From Squalus acanthias (Eukaryota): DNA of 64,000 nucleotides. This document shows positions 1 to 11,080 of this stretch, one piece after another. Within the stretch, counting starts at the first letter, position 1. Each line of letters opens with the position of its first letter. A program made the translations under genes and the position numbers. Where the stretch lies: the NCBI GenBank assembly GCA_030390025.1, contig CM059431.1, positions 123,134,001-123,198,000 on the forward strand. Reading direction: 5' to 3'. Under the pieces are notes generated by a model. That model was not told the origin of the DNA, did no database searches, and was given only the letters and a program-made list of their open reading frames with translations.

Positions 1-183
1 TCCCCTAATTGGGCTCTTGATTTCCAGCGTGTGGGAACCCCTGGCCCAATGATTATTTTGATGCTGAAACTCGCCTCTGATGACATCATCTATGCAGCTG
101 CATTTAAGGCCTGCAAGCAGCCTTGGTTCTTTTTCTGCCTTACAAGTTTTGCATTATACTACTGAGGGATTCGTGCTCCAACC

Positions 184-2191
184 ATGTCAAGCAGCAGACC
201 AAAGTGTGCACCCCGATTCAATGAGAACTCCCTCCAAGCTCTGGTGGATGGAGCAGGAGCGAATAAGGAAGTGCTGTTTCCTTCTTCAGGGAGGAAAAAG
301 CCTCCCCAACAGACCAAAGCTGTGTGGCTGCAAGTGGCCCAGGAGGTGAATGCCATATCAATGTGCAGCAGAACCTGGCTGCAGTGCCGAATGAGGTTTC
401 ATGACCTTCTCCGCACAGGAAAAGTGAGTATTCCATCCACATGACCCTCAATCTGATCCCCATCGCCTCTCATCACCAGCACTCTGCTTTGTCAACCTCC
501 TTCTCCACATCCCACTTGACCCTTACATCCCTGGACCCTTAACCATTCCCTCTCTCTGTATGTGCATAGTCACTTAACTATTTGACTATGCAGCCCTCAC
601 ACTCCCTATCACTGTGATGCAATGACAACAACTTGCAACACACAGGGAGGGCCCTTGGTATTGGCACCTCACTCCATCTTTGTGTCCTTCTAAGCATCTA
701 TGCTATGGAGTCTCTACACTCACTCCTTCATTCTCACTCAAACTCCACTTGTGTCCCTCATTGCAGGAAAAGTGAGCCCACAATAAGAGGGAGAGAGCGA
801 GGTTAGGAGGAGGGCCACCCTCAATAGCCCAGCTCACCACTGCAGAGGAGGCGGCCCTGAAAATCGTGGGAGTCGAGGAAGATGCGCAAGTGGGGGACGG
901 ACAGACGGGAGCATCACAGCAAGCTGGTGACAGAATAGTTTTTCATCTCTCTCATTGACATTGCATGAGTGACTGATATTGATGCTAAAGCTCTAACAGA
1001 TTGACTTATGATCATCTGCACAATTCAATGTGCATGCAACATTTATCTCACATATCTAACCCTTTCCTTTACTCCCCCACAGGACCATCGACAGCCCCCC
1101 TCCCCACTGTCCAGGAGGAGCAGCCTGAGCCCCCAGACTCCTCAGAGGAAGCTGCAACCTCTGAGGGCGCAGCATCAGCAGAATTAAGCGCACCCAGCAC
1201 CATCGCAGACACTCAAACCTCAGTGGGACCTTCGGGAGATAGAGTAGTGTTGTCACCTGGTGTATCACAACTCACAAGTGAGCATCAGCAGATGGTGGAG
1301 ACAGGGACAGCAGTGGAGAGTCCTCGTCAGAGGGCACAGGACTCTCCCAGCTCGGCTCATCTGCATGTCGACCCTGTGCCTCTGAGTCCATCCAGAAGGA
1401 GAGCGGTGCTGGAACTCCAGGAGCAGGTGCAGGAGTCTCTGGCAGGTTTTGTCTCCAGGGTTGCTGCCAGTGTGGAGCGAATGGAGGAGTCCATCGCTAA
1501 CATGAGCAGAGCCTTTGTGGAGGCATTGGCACATGAACGCATCACCACGGAAAGGATGGCAACCTCCATGGAAAGGATGGCTACCTCCATGCTAAGGCTG
1601 GCTACCATAGAGGAGAGGGTGGCTACGGTAGAGGAGAGGATGGCTACGGCCATGAAGGAGATTAGTCACCAGGGTCTTGAAAACATGGTCATTGTTCAGA
1701 ATAGACTGACATCTTTTGAGGAGCGATGGTCAGCTATTGAGCAGAGAAACCAGATCTTCATGGAAGTCCTCTGGAGTAGGACTTCCAGTGCAGAAACGGG
1801 TCCTCATGGCCCAACTGAAGTGCAGCAAGGTGCTGTCAAGCCACTTGCTAGCTCTGAACTGGGGCTCACCCATGAGAGGAATGTTGGTGGCAGACAACAA
1901 GGAAGTGGGGGCGCCTCTCCAAGCGCTCACATGACCATGCCACTGCAGAGCCCTCGGCCAGAGCCCCACCAGAGTCCTCACCCAACTGAGATCAGCGTCT
2001 CAGCCCTTGCACAGCCGCAGGAGCAGCTGACTGTTGCCGAGCCCTCACAGGCTCGCAACCCCAGAGAACGCCCACCAAAGGTGTCGAGGCAGGAGCAGCA
2101 AAAAAGTGAGCAAGGGGCCTCCACATCTGCTGAAGCCACAGGGGAAGCACCATGTAGGAGCACGCATAAGTGGAAGATAAAGCACAAGTAG
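184..2191 (+). pseudogene. Harbinger Myb/SANT-like (trihelix) DNA-binding partner protein, 3 exons (184-423, 767-926, 1083-2191), ~502 codons with one in-frame TGA at 773-775
   Basis: Exon 1 encodes APRFNENSLQALVDG...VLFP...WLQVAQEVNA...RTWLQCRMRFHDL (Myb_DNA-bind_5-like). Junctions AAA|GTGAGT, TTGCAG|GAA, G|GTGAC and CACAG|GA keep frame into the 1001-2191 ORF. Exon 2 carries the typical AHNKRER..GGGPP motif; the TGA is consistent with CGA>TGA decay. Confidence 0.85.
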
Positions 2192-2449
2192 TCACAAGGG
2201 TACTCACTTGGGTGTTCTGTTGTGTTTATTTTTGAAAAGCCATCCATGACTTAATGTGATAAAACAACTTGATGGCAAACTGTTGAAGTTGTGGGCTGTG
2301 TCATTTCGCAAATGGGACTTCCACATTGAGGGCTTAGGGCGACTTGCAATTGTCAGTATGGTGGTCAGACTGATAGGAATCTGTAGGTTCTTGGCCATTG
2401 TCGGTGCTCTGGTAAGAAGCTGCGAGGCAAAAGTGTTTGATTGGGCAGG

Positions 2450-3694
2450 CTAAACAAATCTGGCCAAGATGAGTGTGTCCTTTGCATCCCGGGCAGCAAT
2501 GTGCTCGCATGCTGCTGCCACTGGTTGATGCACCTCCGCAAGCTGTTCGTTGTCGCTCTCCTCCTCCTCCTCCTCCTCATCTGAGGAGGCTATGCGATGA
2601 GCCACTTGTACCTCAGGCAGTTGCAAGCAACGATGCTGTGCGATGTTGTGCAGTGCACAGCAGACCTCGATGATTCTGGAGACCCTGGCTGCTGAGTACT
2701 GCAGGGCTCCACCTGATCTATCAAGGCATCTGAATCGTATCTTCAGCAAGCCGATGGTTTGCTCGATTATGGATCTGGTGGAAATGTGGCTGGAGTTGTA
2801 GCGCTCCTCAGCTTCGTTGGATGGCCTCCTCAACGGCATCATTAGCCACGTCTTCAGGGGATAGCCCTTGTCTCCAAGTAGCCATCTGCAAAGTTGGTCT
2901 GGCGGACTGAAGAGCGGAGGCACACTAGACTGGCACAGGATGAAGGAGTCATGGCAACTGCCAGGGTACTTGGCGCAAACATGCAAAATTTCCTTCTTGT
3001 GGTCACACACCAGCTGCACATTGAGGGACTGGAAGTCCTTGCGGTTGACAAAAATACCTGGATTGCGATGGGGTGCCTTAAGGGCCACATGTGTGCAGTC
3101 AACGATGCCCTGCACCCTTGGAAAGCCTGCCAGATTAGCAAATCCAATCGCGCATGCGGTTACACTTGCTTGATCCTTGGAGAAGTTGATGTAATTGTGC
3201 GCGATGGCAAAGAGGGCATCGGTTACCTGTGTGATGCAAGTGTGTGCGGCCGCCTGGGAGATGCCGCTGATGTCTGCTGTTGATCCCTGGAATGAGCCTG
3301 AAGCAAAAAAGTTGAGTGCGGTGGTGACTTTGACGGCCACTGGTAAGGGGTGTCCACCTGCTCCTCTGGGCTCCAGGTCTTGCTGCAGCATTGCACAGAT
3401 GTCACCCACTACCTCTCGCGAAAGTCTGAGCCTCCTTTGGCACTGCTGCTCATTCATGTTGAGGTAGCTCATCCTCTGTCTGTAAACCCTGTTTTGTGGG
3501 TATCTCCTGCGGCGACGTGCTTCCATGCGCTGGCGCCTTCTGGCCTGTGCAGCTTCAGGTGGGTGAGCAGCAGCTTGGCGCTCCTGTTGTTGCTCCTGCT
3601 GTTGGTGCTGCTTTTGTTCAGGGTTTTGCTGCTACCGCGGCTGGTCTTTGTCCGAATCTGATGTCCAGGAGGAAAGGAAATAAATGGTTCCCAT
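2450..3694 (-). CDS. Harbinger DDE transposase (DDE_Tnp_4/HARBI1-like); open 358 aa from Met 3526, probable true start 3694 interrupted by one TAG
   Basis: Motifs [25 protein letters not shown] (D), [18 protein letters not shown] (D), [18 protein letters not shown] (E), CCALHN and an acidic tail. ATG at 3694 is in frame (56 codons upstream) with a single TAG near 3633. Confidence 0.93.
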
Positions 3695-4212
3695 GCTTCT
3701 GGTATATACCTCAGTTGAGGAAGTGTTCAGTCAAGGTGGGGAGAGGGGTTTCCCAGGAGGTCACACTGCAGATGGATCTCAGCCTCAAAACTTCCACAAT
3801 GAGTAGGCCTGCTAAAAGTTCTCCCAGATCTGAGAAAACAAACTTCTGCCACTTGAAAATGATCAGTGTTGAAAAGTCCTTTTTAATGGTGGAGCTGCAG
3901 CTGTTAGTAAGCCATCCACTTGTGAGGCCGCCAGGATTAACTGGCGTGTTCCAGAGGAGACGTGCAGTATGGGGGAAATGTGTTAAAGTTAGAAAGGCCT
4001 CTCAAAATGGTATTATAGAGGCATTTTCGGCCCCTTACAGGGCCTATAATGCCTCTTGGAGGCAGGATCGAAACGGGGTCTGAAAGGCCGCTTTTGGGAA
4101 AATTGATCAGAGGCGGGCTGGAGGCGGGATCTGAGCCGCCCACCATTTTTTGCGATTTTAACATCTCACATGCCTCCAAACCCGCCTCCTCGGGCCTGAC
4201 AAAATCCAGCCC

Positions 4213-4245
4213 AATGTTTCAGGTCGATGACCTTTCGTCAGAACT
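4213..4245 (-). ncRNA. Minimal type I hammerhead ribozyme core (Penelope-associated), degenerate and cut by the Harbinger end
   Basis: Minus strand reads AGTT-CTGACGA-A-AGGTC-ATC-GACCT-GAAACATT: CUGANGA/GAAA core with a perfect 5-bp stem II. Confidence 0.6.
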
Positions 4246-4630
4246 GGAAGAAGTTGGAGATTTAACAGTTTTTAAGCAAGTACAGAGGCAGTGAAAAAAG
4301 GTGGGGTGTGGGGGGGGGGACATGGAAAGAATAAAAGAGCAGGTCTGTGACAGGGTGGAGGACAGGAGTGATTAAATGACAAAAGGGATGTTAGTGCAAG
4401 GCAAAAGAGGGTGGTAATGGGACAAGCAAAGAAACCAAAGATGGGTCGAGAGAAGCTGTAAATGGCAAAAGCAGAAACATTACCAGCATCTCCTGTCTGA
4501 AAAAATGGGAGCACTGGTTATTATCTGAATTTATTGAAATCAGTTTTGAGTCCGGAAGGTTGTAAAGTGCCTGATCGAAAGATGAGGTGTTGTTCCTCGA
4601 ATTTCTGTTGAGCATCATTAGAACAATGTA
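4213..4630 (-). mobile_element. Penelope-like element 3' fragment (end of GIY-YIG endonuclease ORF plus pseudo-LTR)
   Basis: Minus strand near 4530-4630 resembles the PLE C-terminus (..EEQHLIFRxGTLQPSGL..); followed by the pyrimidine-rich segment and hammerhead core also seen at 19140-19920. Confidence 0.75.
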
Positions 4631-4988
4631 AAGTGGGAATTCCATTGGAGAAGTCCATTGTGCAGCCCTCAGATCCTAGCTTCGTAATTGTATTGAGAGA
4701 GAATACTTTCTAAGGGTAATGCAGAATGTAGGGGAAGGCTCCCGGAGTATGTGAAAATATTTTTGCGATTCCTGCAGACAGTCTGACGATATGACCAAAA
4801 GTCTCCACAAACAACCTCAGTTAAGCAGTGTCCCTTTAACCAAGTACATTTGTCCTGATCAATAGGTGCTATTAAATAGTGATATACACGCTCAAAGGAA
4901 GACAGAAGTCTCAGTATTTCGAGTGGGTGACATTATCCTGTGCTATCTCTGTCAATTGCATGTTGCTGTCACTGGGAAGCTGTGTGCT

Positions 4989-7205
4989 TTTTTAGCGCAC
5001 CCTGAAACTGAATGGAATTCATGCTCATGGATGAATTAAAAAAAGCTGAGTATGTAAATAAATAAGCCTGATAATTACTATCAGCGTTAAGTCAATGCCT
5101 GCAGTATTGGTGGGTTACTGAGCATTAATTTAACAGTCACTTGGACAACTGTGGACTAATTAAGGAAAGCCAGCAGAGATGTGTTAAAGGCAAATCGTGT
5201 TTAACTAACTTGATTGAGTTTTTTGATGAGGTAACAGAGAGGGTTAATAAGGGCAATGTGGTTGATGTGGTGTACATGGACTTCCAAAAGGCGTTTGATA
5301 AAATGCCATATAATAGGCTTGCCAGCAAAGTTGAAGCCCATGGAATAAAAGGGACAGTGGCAGCATTAATATGAAATTCGTTAAGTGACAGGAAACAGAG
5401 AGTAGTGGTGAACAGTTGTTTTTCAGACTGGAGGAAGGTACACAGTGATGTTCCCCAAGGGGTCAATACCAGGACCACTGCTTTTCTTGATATATATTAA
5501 TGACTTAGACTCGGGTGTACAGGGCACAATTTCAAAATTTTCAGACGACACAAAACTTGGAAGTATAGTGAACAGTGAGGAGGATAGTGATAGACTTCAA
5601 GAGGACATAGACAGGCTGGTGGAATGGGCGGACACATGACAGATGAAATTTAACGCAGAAAAGTGCAAAGTGATACATTTTGGCAGGAAGAACGAGGAGA
5701 GACAATATAAACTAAAGGGTACAATTCTCATGTGGTTGCATGAACAGAGAGACCTGGGAGTATATGTGCACAAATCGTTGAAGGTGGCAGGGCAGGTTGA
5801 GAAAGCAGTTAAAAAAGCATAAGGGATCCTGGGCTTCATAAATAGAGGCGTAGAGTACAAAAGCAAGGAATTTATGATGAACCTTTATAAATCACTGGTT
5901 CAACCTCAACTGGAGTATTGTGTCCAATTCTGGGCACCGCACTTTAGGAAGGATGTGAAGGCCTTAGAGAGGGTGCAGAAAAGATTTACAAAAATGGTTC
6001 CAGGGATGAGGGACCTCAGTTAAATGGATAGACTGGAGAAGCTGGAATTGTTCTCCTTAGAGCAGAGAAGTTTGAGAGGAGATTTGATAGAGATGTTCAA
6101 AATCATGAGGGGTCTAGATAGAGTAGATAGAGAGAAACTGTTCCCCTTGGCGGAAGGGTCGAGAACCAGAGGTCACAGATTTAAGGTGATTGGCAGAAGA
6201 ACGAAAGGCGACATGAGGAAAATCTTTATTACGCAGTGAGTGGTTAGGATCTGGAATGCAATGCCTGAAAGGGTGGTGGAGGCAGATTCAATTGTGGCTT
6301 TCAAAAGGGAATTGAATAAGTACCTGAAGGAAAAAAATTGCAGAGCTATGGGGAAAGGGCGGGGGATTGGGACCAGCTGAAGTGCTCTTGCAGAGAGCCG
6401 GCACAGGCTCGATGGGCCGAATGGCCTCCTTCTGTGCTGTAACCATTCTATGATTCTATTCTATGAATTTAGGGAGTGCACACTTCTTGACTGTTTTTCA
6501 CAAGATACCAAATTGCTATTGAGGGAAATTTTGCACAGATACAAAAAATTCATATCGATGATCCTGGTTGCTTAGCAATCTCCATTTGTGAGCAGGTTTG
6601 TGTGGTCTTAATCCCCACATACTGCAGCAGAGGTAGAAACTCCTTGCTATACCTCCAGCAAGTGGCTGTTTTTTGGCAGGTGCTACCACTTGATCCTCCA
6701 AATTATATACTATGACTCAGGCTTTTGTACCTCCTTAATCTTTCCCTCTGCATCCTGAAGGGTATGTGTAGTTTGATAGAGCAGGTATTAGTGATCTTCA
6801 GATGGTGATGTGCTAGCTTGCTCGTGGACACTGGCTGTGGCAGCAGTCTGTTCTTCAATTCTTAAGAAAGTAGTAGAGAATGAATTGTCAAAGTGCTTTC
6901 TCAAATCACCACCTTTAAGCACTACTTTCAATGTATGAAACTCTGTGTAATGCTACTGCAGTTGAGTGTACAGTGGTCTGAAAGTCGCTCAGTAGGACAA
7001 CATAACATGACATGAACATTATTCTCCAGCTTCACCATGCTGCACGCCCTGATGCTCACAAAGGCATTTCAAGAAAGCTGACTTAACGCTGAATGCTTAG
7101 ACTTAATACTGAAGGTAATTATCAGGCTTATTTATTTACATACTCAGATTTGTTTTAATTCATCTATGAGCATAAATTCCATTCAGTTTCAGGGTGCGCT
7201 AAAAA
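4989..7205. repeat. Inverted repeat pair of ~105-125 bp (4989-5094 and 7079-7205)
   Basis: TTTTTAGCGCACCCTGAAACTGAATGGAATT...TCAGCGTTAAGTCA recurs reverse-complemented with a few mismatches and a ~20-bp internal duplication. Confidence 0.8.
5130..6465 (+). mobile_element. 5'-truncated CR1-type LINE (decayed RT and 3' UTR)
   Basis: KSCLTNLIEFF, YMDFQKAFD, PLLFLIYINDL, KFSDDTKL fragments with stops; ends in an (ATTCT/ATTCTATG)n tail. Same subfamily as 51989-54120. Confidence 0.92.
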
Positions 7206-7254
7206 CGGAATCAATGGCTTATAATTGCTTTGGGCCATCCCCTGCACAAGTCTA

Positions 7255-7466
7255 AAAGCAAAATACTGCGGATGCTGAAAATTTGAAATAAAAGCAGGAA
7301 ATGCTGGAAACACTCAGCAGATCAGGCAGCATCTGTGGAGAGAGAAACGAAAATAACGTTCAGGTCTGACGAAAGGTCATCGACTTGAAACATTAACGCT
7401 GTTTCTCTCTCCACAGATGCTGCCTGGCCTGCTGAGTGTTTCCAGCATTTCTTGTTTTTATTTCTG
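7255..7466. mobile_element. Short palindromic Penelope-derived element (inverted pseudo-LTR ends) with central hammerhead core at 7366-7391
   Basis: AAATGCTGGAAACACTCAGCAGATCAGGCAGCATCTGTGGAGAGAGAAAC is mirrored by GTTTCTCTCTCCACAGATGCTGCCTGGCCTGCTGAGTGTTTCCAGCATTT; centre CTGACGAAAGGTCATCGACTTGAAAC. Confidence 0.75.
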
Positions 7467-7914
7467 ATACAAGTCTGTTTGCAGCAATTAACAGTAAACA
7501 GAAGAATACAACAGAGGAAATTACATAGAGTAGTGCTACAAACTGACGATGTGTATTCCTTGTGGGGAACTCCTTTAAGAATTGTGTGCACACAGGTTGC
7601 CATACATAATTCCAAAATGTAACTATAGTATACATCCTATGAGTCCTCATGTAAACATTCCTTACCCTATTCTATTATACCAGTGCTGCATCTAGATAAT
7701 CTCCTCTTACTGCTCTGCATCTCCAACATTAAAGGGTTGAACTGTTAGTGGAGAGGGCTTTCTTGCATGTATAGCTGGGGCAGTTGCTTGTCATGTGGAA
7801 CAGTATTGTTAGTTAGCCTTAGCTTTTTCTTGAAGTTTGACATATTCTTACTGATGTCTTTCTGCATTCATCCTCTCTACCATCTCCTCCCATACCTGTT
7901 TTACCAGGTGGCAG

Positions 7915-7985
7915 ACGGCCAAAAGCTTGGCCAAAGAGGTAGGTTTTAAGGAGCGTCTTAAAGGAGGAGAGTGAGGTAGAGATGC
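7915..7985 (-). mobile_element. Short LINE (probably L2-clade) 3' fragment
   Basis: CCAAAAGCTTGGCCAAAGAGGTAGGTTTTAAGGAGCGTCTTAAAGGAGG resembles a common shark LINE2 3' segment; recognised from memory only. Confidence 0.45.
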
Positions 7986-8063
7986 TCTTTCAATTATTTG
8001 AATCTGAAGTAAACTTCGACTAATCTCTCAATATAGAGTGCCAACTGCAATTTGGAGGCTGTA

Positions 8064-8215
8064 GGGCATGAAATTGGTCTTGGGTGGTAACGTAAAACAT
8101 GCAATAGCGAATTGGCAGACCAGTCCATGGAAAAGAAAATCAGGCAGCATGTAAAATGGGCTGCCGATTTACTATCACCCATTTTTGTATCACCACCCAA
8201 GACCAGTTTCACCCC
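8064..8215. mobile_element. Small Harbinger-type MITE
   Basis: Left GGGCATGAAATTGGTCTTGGGTGGT; right CACCACCCAAGACCAGTTTCACCCC is its imperfect reverse complement. Confidence 0.7.
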
Positions 8216-8669
8216 CATTATGTTTTCCTCACCCATTGCAGGTAGATAAGAGATGTCAAGGTTGATTTTGATTTTACAAATTCACGCTCCTGAGCTTCAG
8301 GCATTGTAAGGGCACATAGGGCATTTGGACATGTTATGAATAAACTAAATAAACTATGAAAATCAACCAGGGAAAATTGCGAGGGCCTGCTAACTTCCTT
8401 GCCAGAATTCCCGAATTGTAGTTCTGGAACATGAAGGCTGCCTGGAGCACAAATTCATGAAATATCAATATGCATTTCATGGACACAGCTTTGTATAGCA
8501 TTTAAAACATATTCAGTACTCTGCTGTTTCAAGTCTTTGAATGGAAGCAATTTCTGGAGTTTGGTCGGTGCGTCCCTTGATACTTTCTCGATAGCTCGAA
8601 GGATCACCTCGAGTGTTTGTGAAGCATTCTCTCCGAGCCTTTTTAAGTTGTTTGCTGTTGGATGATAAT

Positions 8670-8768
8670 CCTACATTACAATAGTGACTACGCTTCGAAA
8701 GTATTTCATCAGCTGTGAAGCACTTAAGGACATCCCGAAATTGTGAAAGGTGCTATATAATTGGAAGT
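8670..8768 (+). mobile_element. Deu-domain SINE 3' fragment
   Basis: CCTACATTACAATAGTGACTAC...GTGAAAGGTGCTATATAA matches the 3' part of the full SINEs at 17479 and 19250. Confidence 0.7.
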
Positions 8769-9019
8769 TTTTTTCACTTTCTTTCTGTTCAATGTTGTTA
8801 GCATGAGCCACCCCAGCCACCTTCTACATTTCTTCTTTCTCATCTTCATCATCCTAAAAAGGATAATGGGACCTTTTTCAAAGAACCAGTCATTAATTGA
8901 AATGTAGATGAACAGCCTGCATTAATTTGAAGGCATTATTTGTAACTTTCGATGTGTTTACGAACATTAAACATTTTAGCCTAGAGTTTCTGCGAGATTG
9001 CGCTGGTTCGCCTGAAAAA

Positions 9020-11080
9020 AAGAAAACGAAAGAAAGACTTGCATTTATGTAGCGCCTTTCATGACCACCGGACCTCCCAAAGTGCTTTACAGCCAATGAA
9101 GTACTTTTGAAGTGAAGTCACTGTTGTAATGTGGGAAACACAGCAGCCAAAATTGCGCACAGCAAGGCCCCACCATCAGCAATGTGATAATGTAGAATTC
9201 GCAAATTATCGCGATTTGAAAATAATGAGAAAGAGACATACAGTTTCGTAAAACGGCTTTATTTCAGCAAAATGCTGTCAGGTTTCAAAACGGACACAAG
9301 CAGCCTGTAAAATGGCCGCCACGCCTCGTGGCAGAAGGTTCTAGACTTTCAGTAGGCAGACAAGATGGCGTTTCAATAAACATTTCAGCAAGATCGGACA
9401 GGACTCAGCATATTGAGATAAGACAAGACGAGATTGTTTTGCATTTTAACACCCAAGCAAGGAATATAAGTGCTGGAATCGGGTTTTCCATGCATAAATG
9501 AGAGCTATTGTACTGGGCAATCAAGGGGCCCATCCAAAGACATTGATACACAAATTCCCCACGGCTCTACGATGAGAGAGCCGTTCGCGGGTACTCACAG
9601 CAAGAATTCGGAGGCCCCCAAAACCCCTCCAGGGAGACTCCTAGCCGGTTCCACAAGGGGAGAAATATTAACGGGTACTCAGACAGTTACAAGTATCACC
9701 GAAACACATTAATGACAAGTACCACCCCATACAAGAAGTTTGAGCGCCAAAACATGACAAAAGATGAACATTAAGATTGGGCGGGAGATAAAGAATTACA
9801 GTACTATAACTGTAGTAAACAAACGTCCATCTTTCTCTTGATTCGACCCCTGGCTCTCGTTTGCGGCCCACCGAGCTCTTGGTCCGCTGATCTTCCGGGA
9901 GTCAACCTCGTGGCTTGCCGCGAAGATCTGTGAAGAGCTGGGCTGCGAAGGCCGGTAAGCGGGTACACCATCCCGAGGGTCGGTAGACGGTGTAGGGACC
10001 CGAAGGCCCGACGAGACGAAACAAGACAAGAAGAAGAAGAAGACGACTGCACGTACCGCCGCGGTCAGTAAACCCCGACCGCGCCCGAACTATAAAGACC
10101 ATTTACAGGTTACCACACGAATTCTACCGCCAACTGGTGTCGGGCACAGGAAGATTCTTCTTTGAGTTTTATCAGAGTTCCGAGGTCAACACAGATCTTC
10201 ATGACAGCAGACGGTCCAGCCTGCTAGCCGGAGCAAAGCGAGTAAACAAGTGGGGTACAGAGACCCCTGATCAACACGTGAATAGTCAGGTGCTGTGGCG
10301 AAAACATCCGAGCAGCGTTTAGGAATTCTCCGAGTTATCACGAGTGGTGAGCATGAGACTCGATCCTACAGATCTAGATTAGGACAGGTATTGATAGGGG
10401 AGGGTTTTTGTTTTAAGGATAATTATAATGTGTGTCCCCTTTTACGATGTGTCATGCGCTCCTCGTTTCCCTAAACCTAGTTTCCTAAATGTATGTAAGC
10501 TTGTACTGTCATTAATCTGTGCTTATGACATGTATTTCATAATCTTGAACAATATGCAATAAAGATTTTCCATTTCGTACTATTCATCCGGGTCTACCTG
10601 AGTTTTCTCTGCATTACTGCTCTCGCACCTAAGTCCAGTGTCAGAACCGTAAGGGCGAGTGGGTCGAACCACTCACAGGTGTCTAGTGCTATCAGGCTGG
10701 CTGGAGACCAGAACAGGCAACAAGGCCTAACCCCGCACTAGCACCCAGGCTAAGCACAGAGCCATGCGAACCCCCTTACAATAATGACCAGATAATCTGT
10801 TTTTGTTATGTTGGCTGAGGGATAAATATTGGCCAGAACACCGGGGATAACTCCCCTGCTCTTCTTCGAAAAAGTGCCATTGGATCTTTTACGTCCATCT
10901 GAGAGAGCAGATGAGGCCTCGGTTTAACATTTCATTCAAAAGACAGCACCTCCGACAGTGCAGCACTCCCTCAAGTGTCAGCCTAGCTTTATGTGCTCAA
11001 GTCCCTGGAGTGGGATTATGAACTCACAACCTTCATGAGCTCAGAGGCAAGTGTGCTACCTACTGAGCCACAGCTGACAC
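9020..11080 (-). mobile_element. tRNA-derived Deu-domain SINE (SacSINE1-like), split by a solo LTR
   Basis: Reverse complement of 17479-17925; head TACTGAGCCACAGCTGACAC ends near 11080, tail GAAAGAAAGACTTGCATTTAT near 9030; halves rejoin across 9191-10780. Confidence 0.9.
9191..10780 (+). mobile_element. Solo LTR, 1590 bp
   Basis: TGTAGAATTCGCA...TGCGAACCCCCTTACA termini; exact 4-bp TSD ATAA (9187-9190, 10781-10784) inside a SINE; TATAAA at 10091 and AATAAA near 10558 give orientation. Confidence 0.9.

Larger units (their letters stand above)
1..4212. mobile_element. PIF/Harbinger DNA transposon (copy A), near-intact two-gene element; left terminus lies outside the window
   Basis: Convergent Myb/SANT gene (+) and DDE transposase (-). 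Right end ...CTGACAAAATCCAGCCC at 4212 (revcomp GGGCTGGATTTT), the GGG-N-ATTT terminus shared by other Harbinger copies here. Confidence 0.92.

Noticed and set aside
1001..2191. Stand-alone 396-aa protein
   Set aside because: The ORF starts at a TTG within intron 2; the coding part is exon 3 of the Myb gene from 1083.
2450..3526. Domesticated host HARBI1 gene
   Set aside because: It lies inside a TIR-bounded element beside a Myb partner, with related decayed copies in the same window; it is a transposon gene.
9470..10322. Accessory viral ORFs inside the long LTR
   Set aside because: Short, with no recognisable motif; expected by chance in GC-rich sequence.
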